This document shows positions 54,023-64,000 of a stretch of 64,000 nt of DNA, piece by piece. The stretch is from NCBI GenBank assembly GCA_964016885.1, contig OZ024741.1:34472001-34536000 (forward strand), read 5' to 3'. The DNA comes from Eledone cirrhosa (taxonomy: Eukaryota). The position numbers were made by a program, and so were the translations under genes. Each line of letters opens with the position of its first letter. The stretch's first letter is position 1. Under the pieces are notes generated by a model. The model saw nothing but the letters and a program-made list of their open reading frames with translations. It was not told the DNA's origin and searched no databases.

Positions 54023-54214
54023 TTTTAAAGTATGTTACAATATCATGATGACAAAAAGAAAGGAAAGAGGGAGAGAGAAATGGGGTGGGCAAACCCTACA
54101 CTCAAAGCTGGACAGTATATCTCAGCTGCAACTCTGCAGATATTGAAAGCATTGCCACAAGAGCTAGCACTAGCTGCTGGTTCAATCATTCCTCCTCGGT
54201 GTGATGCCTTCAAC

Positions 54215-54500
54215 CTGTTTTAGAGGGAATGCTTTTGCAGTCTTGTCTGCGGGACACAGCCCCATTACCGTCGCGCCCAAGGCCCAGAGCACCCCCCCCC
54301 TCCATTCTTCTGTGATACTAGAACCCTTGCCACACCCTTCTTTTTCTGTTTTTTAAAAATATTTTCCTATTTTACATGCTATTCTTTCTTCTCAATCTAA
54401 ATTTTCTTTTTTCTTGCATTTACATGATATATTTTTACATAGAATAAAGATCTAAATATTTCAATTTATTGTAAATTATTGTAGACATAAAATATATATA
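54215..54500 (+). mobile_element. Extreme 3' end of a CRE-like element with AATAAA and A-rich tail
   Basis: RGNAFAVLSAG parallels RGNAFSILSTG at the end of the 24791-25096 ORF. Confidence 0.5.
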
Positions 54501-55083
54501 AAAAAAAGAAAGAAAAAAGAAAAACAAAACAAAACAAAGAACATCAAAGGTAAGTTTTCAGATAGCTCATTTATTTTCAGAATCCTATCACAGTCTTTGG
54601 CTTGCCAAAATTACTTCTATATACATCAATGGATTCTCATCTATATAAGCAGTCAAATATTTCAAATGGAAAATAAATACAGCAGTAAAAAAAAAAATAT
54701 TAATTAATAAAAAAAAAAATCCTTTCATTAAAAAAAACAGAAATGAATGGCTGGGAAGTGGGAGCATAATGGGTGTGATTTAAAAAAGAACATTTTTATA
54801 GGGAGTAATTATATAAGAATAATTCTACCAAACAAAGAAAAAAAACAGAGTTTAAGGCATGTTTGCACATACACACACAAAAGGAAAAAAAAAATCAGCT
54901 ATAATAAATATCAAAATAATTTCAGTATCACAGCCATGCCTGAAGCTCAATACTAAAAAAAAAAGGAAAAACATGCAATATTTTCTTTGCATTCCAACAC
55001 ACCACCACAACAGTGCAGAGGGGGCGAGTATTTATAAACTATTTAAAAAGCACTTTCATGACTCACTCACCTAAAATTTAGGG

Positions 55084-55130
<47 letters not shown>

Positions 55131-57722
55131 CATGTATATTGTGGATATTTTTAGAAAAAGGAAAAAGGTTAAACTAAATCAAATCTTCCAGGATTTTCTG
55201 GTTGTTCGGTTTCCTCTGCCACCACATAGATTACTTTACAATATTTTTGATAAATCATTAATGTATATTTGAAAACCAGTGCAAGTGTATGTGTGTGTGC
55301 ATGTGTTTGTGTGTGTGTGTGTGTGTGTAATTAATTAGGTTGCAACACTGTTTCATATGTATGTATATATATATATCATGATACTGATTAACAAGTTTAA
55401 TTTAAATTTAATTTAATACTATGGGTTTTGTATCATAGAACCAGGGGTAGGGTGGTATCAAAAGGGTTAAAACGGAGGAACAAAAAAGGTCAGAAGTAAA
55501 TAAATTACAGCCCTTCTCCAAAGGGCAAAATGAGTTGAAATTTTCTCTACGTTCACAGTCCACTTATTTTAGTTATAGTTTAACTATTCTTTTATTTTTA
55601 CTAGATAAATTTTCTTCCAGTTTAAGGAATTGAAGTTCGAAAGCAAAGTAAAAAAGATAAAGATTTGATGAGAGATAATCCACTAGAGGACTGTAATGTA
55701 TTTTATAAGGGATTCAAAGAGTGTATAAGCTCTCTCTATTTTAGATAGAGGAGATGGGGTGAGGGGAGGGAGGAAGGGAGTTAGTTGTAAAATTGCAACT
55801 CATTTTACTCCTAAAAACAAAACAAAAAAAATGTCTAGAATCTTTGCTGATAACTAGATTTTAGTGAGCAGCACTGACTACAAGCCAAACTTACAACAAA
55901 GCATATGGGCATGCTGTGTACCCACAATGTACCATCGAAAATGTTGTTCACAGGCTTGCAGCAATTACAAAGAAATGGATACATGTCATGGAAAATGACT
56001 TAGAAATGGTTTCCATGGTGCCAAGAAAAACTGAAAGCTGAGCAAACTCTTCACTAAAAGTTCAATCTCTCAGAGAAGAACAGGGGAGAGTGGCTTGTCT
56101 TTTAAATGTCAGACTAAGTTGGTCTGACATAACTGGGTTAGACGACTGTCTGTCATTTACTTCTGAACTCATTTGACCAAAACAGCTATCAGTTAAAAGA
56201 GTGAATAACAAATGATAGAAAAACTAAGATTCAACACATTCTGTGTTGGTGACATTACATAGATAATAGTCTAAAAATCTACTGAATCAAAACTTTGCAT
56301 TACAAACAATGAACTAGTCTGGAATATTCAAAATGCTATTGTTTTAACTATAATTACTTGCATATTATCATTTTTGTGCCTATATGTTTGTGGTTAATTA
56401 TTACTACAGATACTAATGTAAACAATATAATGTATGTATAGGTGTATCTATCTATTTAACTGTCTGAATGTCTGTCTGTCTTCTATCTGTGTATATATCA
56501 CTCTTCACATGAGGAATGACATGCAATAACTTAAATATAAATATAGCTGATCTTTTTATCAATAACAAACAATAGATACATTATAGAACCAAGAGAATAA
56601 TCTATAGTTAAATGTCAAAGAATAATGTTATCATTAATGAAGGGAATCTCAAAAATCTAATTTTAAAAATACTTATGCTGCGAAACAAGGCAGCATTAGA
56701 TTAATAACTAAAATATTTAAATAATTAATCATTCCAGCGACTATGGGAGACAAATTGAGACATTTTTCTGTCTTATGAGACCGCATAAGTGAAGCATAAA
56801 CCTCACCATACTTTGTCAAAGTAGAAATGACAGAATCCCTAAGTAGATATATTATATCTATCATAAATGTGATGTGTATATATAGATGTAGAAACAAAGG
56901 AGATACTCTACTGCATGCTGATAGACTACTGGGAGTCCTTTGCTATAGATGTAAATGTAAAATTACATAATCAGATAATATAGATGCCTTATATATACAT
57001 ATATATAAAACATGGTGAGTAAGTATTCAACCTTACCTTTTGGATTGTTGTGAATAATACAGATTTCTTCATGTCACATAGAACTAATAAGTCCTATATA
57101 TGTGAAAGCATCTTCTATTTTTGGAGGTTGCATTGAGAGTAGATAAGCAGCATCACTAAAGTCATACAATAACAAACAATTTACTATTACTTATCAGCTA
57201 CATTGTTAACAGTAATTTAGTTTGTTGTTTGAACAATTTTACTTTTATCATATTTCAAATGAACACTGCCAATGCACTTCAATTAACTTTGAAACTAATC
57301 AAGAATTAGGAGGGATTTAATACAATAACTCACATTTTTAACATATTAAGCTAGAACAAAATGTTTTTTTTTTTATAAAGTTATGTTAGAAGGTTTTGAT
57401 ATAACTATGAAAACTAAAAATGGCAGTTCTGAATCACAGAACACAAAGCAGGTTGTTATCAAAAGGGTTAATAAACTTAGATTTATTTATTTGTTTAAAT
57501 AATTTGTTATTGTATAAACTTATTGATGCTGCCTATCCACTCCTAAAACACATGTGGTGGCAAATTAAGTGATTACATCAGAATGAACAGAATGATGGAT
57601 CATGGCATAAACTCTGCTTTCTTTCACACGTTATTGCTTTAAAGGGGGAAAGGTTTGGTATAATACCAAGTGAAAATGGGTTGGTGTGGAATGGGTTTGT
57701 ACGAGGAGAAATGTGGGCAAAT

Positions 57723-57806
57723 TCAAACCATAAATTCCAGGTCGTACAGTGTCTCCAGAACTGTGCCTATACTCCATGCTTGTGCCTGACAACTGGGAGG
57801 GCAGTA
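57723..57806 (-). CDS. AGL: Glycogen debranching enzyme, last coding exon ([27 protein letters not shown])
   Basis: QAWS...LETLYDL C-terminal motif; tttcAG acceptor; TGA stop at 57725-57723. Confidence 0.95.
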   Translation of the reverse strand, partial: YCPPSCQAQAWSIGTVLETLYDLEFMV

Positions 57807-58189
57807 CTGAAAGATAATGACAATTATTATTTTAAGTGTTACAATATATATATATAAACATAAACACACACATGCTTTCTCTCCTTCCATAATTTTTTAT
57901 TTTATTTCTTCCTCTCACTCTCTTTCAATTCTCTTATGTCTCATTCTATCTTCTGATGACAGACTGATGTACAAAACATTAAGACACTTTTCCTATATCT
58001 AGTGTTAAACTAATATATATCTTCACTGTACTGAATCATTTTGCTCTGTTCTTTTTATCAATTTATTTTTCACATCATCATTTTTACGTCCATTTTTCAG
58101 CACAGCAGCTCTCCTCTGCTAGTCTTAGCAATTTGAGGTTAGCTCTCACAACCTCTCCTCATATATATATCAACATCATCATTGTCCAT

Positions 58190-58450
58190 CATCATTACCA
58201 TCCATTTTCCATGCTAGCATGTGTTAGACGAGTTGTTCTACTGTGAGACAAGCCAGATCAGGTGACCATGTCCTGCTCATACAGAACTGTTTCTCACTTG
58301 GTTTCTATGGTTGGATACCCTTCTTAACACCAACCATATTTAGAGTGTGGACTGGGTGTTTTTTGTTGTGACACTTACATGACCATTTTACAGTGTGGAC
58401 TGGGCACTTTTTCTCATGACACCAAAACTACCACTTTATCGAGTTGACTG
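58190..58450 (-). mobile_element. RTE/SINE 3' tail in AGL intron
   Basis: catcat...ccatgctagcat...ttagacg, the same tail as 15433-15540. Confidence 0.7.
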
Positions 58451-58699
58451 GGGGCTGTGGTGGGGGGAAGTAGATGGGGATTGGTGAGGTAGATCTAGGG
58501 TGGGGCACTTATTGGGTGAAGGGTGGTGGTGCAAAGATGTGGATGAAGGGTCGGGTCTTAGGACATGGGTGGAGTGTTAGCATGTGGGAAGTGTATGGAA
58601 AGGGGAGGGAGGGATGTGGATGAAGGGTGGGGGAATTATGACATGTGAAATGTATGGAAGGTAGGGGAAGGTAGTGCATACAAGATGTATGATTCAACT

Positions 58700-59360
58700 T
58701 GTGCACATAGGAAGGCAGGTCTTCTGTATTACTGCATACTGCCAAATATCTTGATCCTGTGTCATCGCCTTCAAGAGGTGCAATTGTGCAAGGTCACCTT
58801 TTATCACCGCATCCCAAGTCTTCGTAGGTCTTCCTACTTCGTAGCTTCCATCAATTTTTAGTTGCCCTGCACTTTTTTATGGAGCTGTCATCCTTCATAC
58901 ACATCACATGTCCATGCCAATGCATTCTCCTCTCCTGCACACTGCATCTGATCCCTCTTATGCTCAGCTTCTCTCTCAGTTCATTTAGGCTTTGCCATTC
59001 ATGTATTACTATTACACATCTATCAAAGCATACCAGCTTCATTTCTTTCCAATCTTCGCAGGTCTTCTGCACACAGTGTCCAAGTCTCCCTACCATGCAA
59101 CATTGCTGTCCATATACACGCATTATATAATCTTCCCTTCATCTTGACGGAAAAACCTTTTGTAGTTACCAGCAGTAGTAACTCCTTGAACTTTTTCCAT
59201 CCCATTCTCACTCTGGCTACTTTACTTTCGGAACACCCACCTCCATTGCTAATTTGGTCACCCAGGTAACAGAAACTATCAACTACTTTTACTGAGCCGA
59301 CTGGGCATTTAAAGGAGCTAGTATCCTGTGGGGTCTTGCTATGCTACTTACTGCACTTGT
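58700..59360 (-). mobile_element. RTE LINE 3' ORF fragment in AGL intron
   Basis: FCYLGD, RMGWKKFKEL, KGRLYNAC, AMLHGRETW and WHGHVMCM motifs. Confidence 0.88.
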
Positions 59361-59564
59361 GTAATGAACACACACACATATATATAAAAATTAATGTTAA
59401 GACAGATGTTACATAAACATATTTATTGGATAATACATATTTCAGTGAGACCAGTGGGAAGTTATGCAATCATTACAACAGCAACTGGCACCAGTGTGAC
59501 ATCATCAGATGTTAACACAATTATGTGAAGGAGTTGATATGATTTTATCATGATACCTGCACAA

Positions 59565-60020
59565 GAGAGGTTGTCATGTTTTTGTCACAATTGAAGAGTC
59601 CTCCGACTCTTTGTTTGGCACATTTTCTATGGCAGGATGATCTTCCTATCAACAATCAATTTACCGTGTGGATTAGGTGCATCTATCTTCAACACTAGAT
59701 AGGTTGTTATGTTTTTGACACAGCTGAAGGTTCCTCCTGGCCCTTTGTTTGGCAGATTTTCTATGGGTGGATGACCTTCCTATCACCAACCACACCACAG
59801 AGTGCATTAACTGCTTTTATCATATAGCTTACCAACACTAAAGAGGTTAAAGAGGTTGTCATACACTTGAAACAATTGGAAAGTCTTTGCAACACGTTTT
59901 GACATGGTTTCTACAACAGGATGCCCTTCCTGTCACCAAACACCTTAGAAGGTGTACTATGTGCATTTTTGAAGCATTAGTCTAAGAGAGGTTGTCAATC
60001 ATTTACTAAACTAAAGAACC
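59565..60020. repeat. ~130-150 bp degenerate tandem repeat (~3.5 copies) related to the SINE/RTE tail
   Basis: gaggttgtcat...ttctatgg..ggatg..cttccta.cacca recurs. Confidence 0.65.
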
Positions 60021-60029
60021 CTCTCTATC

Positions 60030-60160
60030 CTAGGGTCACACAAAGGATGGAAAGCAAAGTCGACCTCTGCTGAATTTGAATTTGGGGCACAGAGAGCTGG
60101 AACAAATACCTGCAAAACATTTTAATCCAACACTCTAAAGACACTGCCATTTTGCCAATT
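60030..60160 (-). mobile_element. Old SINE fragment; similar fragments at 60930-61130 and 41405-41540
   Basis: aggatggaaagcaaagtcgacct...gaatttgaa resembles the Nin-like SINE. Confidence 0.55.
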
Positions 60161-60240
60161 TTGCCATCTAAAGAATACCGCCATACAAACATATAAAATA
60201 AAGGAAATAAGAAAAGGTTTTGACTTGAAGAAATACTTAC

Positions 60241-60429
60241 TGTGCCATTTTCATTTGTCAATTCTGGCAAGGATTTCCAAGGAGAACTGAGCAAATGTTG
60301 GTAATGCTTGGTAAGACAGATTTTTACTTCATTCATTGCTTTCTTTAATGTACCTGGTTTAGTCTTATCAAGGATATTGGCGAAATGCAGTTTGGCACGG
60401 AAGAAGAAGCCAACAGGCCAAAGCCATTC
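60241..60429 (-). CDS. AGL: Glycogen debranching enzyme, penultimate coding exon (EWLWPVGFFFRAKLHF...SPWKSLPELTNENGT)
   Basis: EWLWP and SPWxxLPELTNENG motifs; catAG acceptor, GTAAG donor; 189 bp, phase 0. Confidence 0.95.
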
Positions 60430-61456
60430 CTATGCAAAAAAAACAAAAAAACGGAATAAATATTAATTAAATATTGTACTTGATCTAGGACCATTTGTTG
60501 AAACTGAGAATACAGAATGTCAGTTCATCCAAAACGTGATGAGCCTTGATGATTGAGAAAGACTTTTTCAACATGACATCTGTCATAGAGGTTTTAGTAG
60601 AATTGTGTAGTGTTCAGGTCAGTGTTATGTTGGTGAGGGGGCAACACAACTTTTTGATACATAATAATAGACAGTACTATTAAGAAATACATGAGAAGTG
60701 AATATAACAGTTTTTATGCATTCTTAAATGACTAAAATGTCTCTTGTACTGACATCCCTGAAGTCTTAGTCACTCAATGAAATGAAGCAAAAGTAGAAAA
60801 AATAAAAACAATAACTAAAAGAAGCCATTCATCAAATGAAGCCAAGGAAACTACATTTCCATTGGTGTTTCCATTGCTGATACTATCTTTTCATCACAAC
60901 TCCTGGATCATTGAATTTTGGTGACAGAAGATAGGATTTGAACTTAGAATGTACAAAGCCAAAACAGATACTGGAAAGCATACCACCTGATTCTTTAACA
61001 ATTCCACCAATCTACTGCCCCTAGATTGGTACTTTGCTTATTAACCCTGAGAGAATGAAAGACAAAGCTGACCTTGGTAGGATTTGAACAAATACCACAA
61101 AGTATTTTTTAAATCTGATTTTCTAACAACAATGCTAATTGTGTTTGACTTTTTAATCTCTGTTTTATAAAGCCTCCATAACTCATCTTATGATGAAATA
61201 GATGTAGTATCTTTCTTAAGCCTAAATGTGCATCAGGCTGGGGCTTGATCTGGTTTCATTTCATCTCCTTCTGAACCACTCAGCTGAAAAAAAGAGTAGC
61301 AGTGGAAGGCAGAAGGGTTAACCTTGTGAAGGACTGGCATCTTGTACTTTACTATCCTTTGTACACTCAGATGCTTAATCTCATGATGAAACAAAAGAAA
61401 ATTAAAAAAATTCAATAGCTAAAAAATTAGAAAATATTTAGTGAGTTCATACTTAC

Positions 61457-61544
61457 AGGCCCTTGATGGTAGTTAAAGCCCCTGGCCACTTTAAAGTCAT
61501 CTGAATCATTGGTGTTATCATATACTCCAGTATAGTTCCAATCA
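61457..61544 (-). CDS. AGL: Glycogen debranching enzyme, internal exon ([30 protein letters not shown])
   Basis: GFNYHQGP motif; ttcaAG acceptor, GTAAG donor; 88 bp and completes the split Ser codon. Confidence 0.95.
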
Positions 61545-62245
61545 CTTGAAATGAAATAATGACATTCTTTCAGGTTAGGGAAAAGATGACACAATATACA
61601 ACATTTTAAGGTCATTTTCATTGCTAAAGCAGAGGTTAACCTTGTAGAGCCCCACAACAAGCTTCTACTTTTCCTATATCCTTTGCATACCATCTCACCA
61701 ACTTTCATTTTCTCCTCCATCATCTTTAGCCATGTCTTTCTTGGTCTTCATCTTCTGCTACTTCCTTCTACATTCATTTTCACTACTCCTCTCACCCAGT
61801 TATTTTCATCCTTCCTCAACACATGACCCAGCCATCTCTTTCCATTTCTCTTCACAACATTTACCATTTGCTCAATTCCCATCATCCTCTACAATTGATT
61901 GTTTTGTGTCCTCTCAACTTATCTTTACAGTATCGAATAGGAGCATTTTATAATGGCATCAATACAACATTTATACAGTGTACTGGGTGCATCATATCAT
62001 AGCTTAGCACTACAAAAGTTGTTATTTCCTCAGCAACACACACATATATATGTTGTGTCATCAATTGCTGTGTGGGTCAATGCCTGACACTCCCCCAGTG
62101 CCACACACTGGGATATCAAACCCACAAACTAATGGTTATGAAACTTCATAACCATATTAGTATCTGTGCACAGTAGTGATATATAAAGATTCCAGGGTTC
62201 AAGCTAAAAAATATTACAAAATCTGATATTAGAAAAAAAACTTAC

Positions 62246-62343
62246 CTAGGATCTAGAGTTTTCATACCTAGTGGACCCAATAAGACACTTTCTGCAATTG
62301 TTAATGCATACCATGCTTTCTCAGGTGAAAATAATTCAGGAGC
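62246..62343 (-). CDS. AGL: Glycogen debranching enzyme, internal exon ([32 protein letters not shown])
   Basis: Hand translation matches the conserved AGL C-terminal motif APELF...[12 protein letters not shown]. Acceptor tttctAG, donor GTAAG; 98 bp, phase compatible with the next exon. Upstream exons appear to lie outside the window. Confidence 0.95.
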
Positions 62344-62924
62344 CTAGAAATTAATAAGAGAAGTAAGTGAGAAACTGGAACCAGACATAAATTAGATTAT
62401 AAATTAAATTTATAAAACTATTGCTTCGAAACCCTGATGTTGGTTATCACTTTTAACTGGAGACTACTGTATTATAAATTACACTTTTTTCAATGTAAGT
62501 GTATGAAATACTAGCATGCAGCTTATCTTTTGGACCTACAAAGCCTCAATTTAAGATACATAGGACAGATATCCCTTATGTTAAGGAAAATTGGCGTGCA
62601 GAATTTAGCACTTTTGGAAATAATAAAATATGATACCGATTTGGGTATACAGACCATAAATCAAGGTAAACAACACTTTGGTCTCAGATGTTGTGGATGT
62701 TAATGGGTGTTGGTGTTGAATAAGTGTTGTGTAATAAAGTGGTTCTGTGTTTGGTTAATAATTGGATTAATCAGATGTGTATTGCAGGTATGTTGTGTAA
62801 GCCTTTGGTTAGTTAGGTAATTTTGTTGGTTATTGTGGAGTGTTGTATGTGATGCTAGTATCATCATATTTATCATTATGTATGCTTTATTCTACAGGAA
62901 AAGTTTTGACAATATTGATGTGTA

Positions 62925-63183
62925 ATCGTTCTGATCGATCGACAAGATCCCAGACCTCATTCGCTTGCCGAGTGGGGTGGACTGCATCAAATTGGACCAA
63001 GGAAACAATGTTTCCATTAGTCTTTCCATTACTGATACTATCTACCAGTTGCAACTCCTGCCAGAAAGAGCAACATAAAATAAAGAGTCTTGCTCAAGGA
63101 CACAGTGCATCACCCAGTCCGAGAATTGAACTCGCAACCTCATGATTGCAAATCCAACTCTCTAACCACTAAGCCATGCACCT
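62925..63183 (-). mobile_element. CORE-type SINE in AGL intron
   Basis: tcttgctcaaggacac...gagaattgaactcgc...taaccactaagccatg. Confidence 0.8.
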
Positions 63184-63751
63184 TGTGTAATAGTGTTGTG
63201 TAATGGAGTAGTTCTCTGTATTTGATGGATTGTTATTCTGAGGGTTATTTGGTTTGTACTGTAGATGTCTGGGGATACATTTAGTTGTGTGTATATTCTT
63301 TTGCTATTGTTGAAGGATGTAACAGTTATGTGTTATCAGTTTATTTGTCCTTATGTGTGCATTTGTCTTTGGAAAATGTTCTGGCATTGTGGTTGGCTAG
63401 AATTGTTTGACTTCTTTATTGTTTGTAGGGGCCATATTATATTTGAGGAACTTTCATACAAGTCTTGCATATATATATATATATAATATCAATAATATAA
63501 GTATGTATATGTACATACAGTAGTATGTATATATATACATACATGCACACATATATATATATATATGTACGTATGGATTTACCGAACATTTATTATAAGG
63601 CTCAGTGTATTTGTAAACAAACATCCCAAATTAAGCCGCACAGTGTTTAGCAACCATCGTTGCTCATTTGTTCAACATTGACAAAGGAACGATGTACTAG
63701 TTTCAAGCTTATTAGCTATCGTCAGCACCGTATACCTTCCTGCCAGATGAT

Positions 63752-64000
63752 TGAACGTCTGAAAGTATATACTTTCCTTATACATATTAACGGCTGAGCA
63801 GCCTAATTTGCATATCGAGTGAGTTAATCGGCCGGGCGCACCGAAAACGATAAATGGAAAAAAATGAAACAAAATTTCATTTCTCACTCTTAGTACGGCT
63901 GTTACTTAAATATAAGTATGTATACGTACATACATATCTTTATACAGACTGTTGCTCAGCCGTTAATATGCATAAGGAAAGTATATACTTTCAAACGTTC
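63752..64000. repeat. Inverted repeat running off the window end (63752-63800 / 63953-64000)
   Basis: gaacgtctgaaagtatatactttccttatacatattaacggctgagca versus its reverse complement. Confidence 0.85.

Noticed and set aside
57949-57985. Hammerhead at tcttCTGATGA...caaaacattaaga
   Set aside because: Lacks the GAAA core and a paired stem II; at best a decayed relic.
60025-61723. ORFs 60025-60336 and 61427-61723 as standalone genes
   Set aside because: Each only overlaps an AGL exon; the remainder is intron read-through.

Overview
This is AT-rich, repeat-dominated animal DNA. The SINE/RTE repertoire, (TA)n/(CA)n tracts and exon style suggest a coleoid cephalopod such as Octopus (inference). The only host gene I can support is the 3' end of glycogen debranching enzyme (AGL): four spliced exons on the minus strand, 62343 down to the stop at 57723. 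1-15.4 kb holds a higher-order ~0.9-kb satellite, degenerate hexamer and pentamer arrays, and a foldback enclosing telomere-like repeats. 15.4-28.6 kb is decayed non-LTR retrotransposons (RTE, CR1/L2-type, R4/Dong-like, CRE-like) and a hAT remnant. 28.7-33.3 kb is a 25-bp minisatellite that expanded inside a SINE. 33.4-53 kb contains Penelope-like element (PLE) debris, non-autonomous Helitrons, SINEs and a second complex satellite. The most notable signal is about a dozen hand-foldable minimal type-I hammerhead ribozyme motifs from several sequence families. Most have palindromic stem III and a nearby AATAAA. Several are inverted pairs within short (TA)n-flanked palindromes, two lie downstream of PLE RT or GIY-YIG remnants, and one has a U3-A8 compensatory core. 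All calls are from reading by eye; no searches or folding programs were run.
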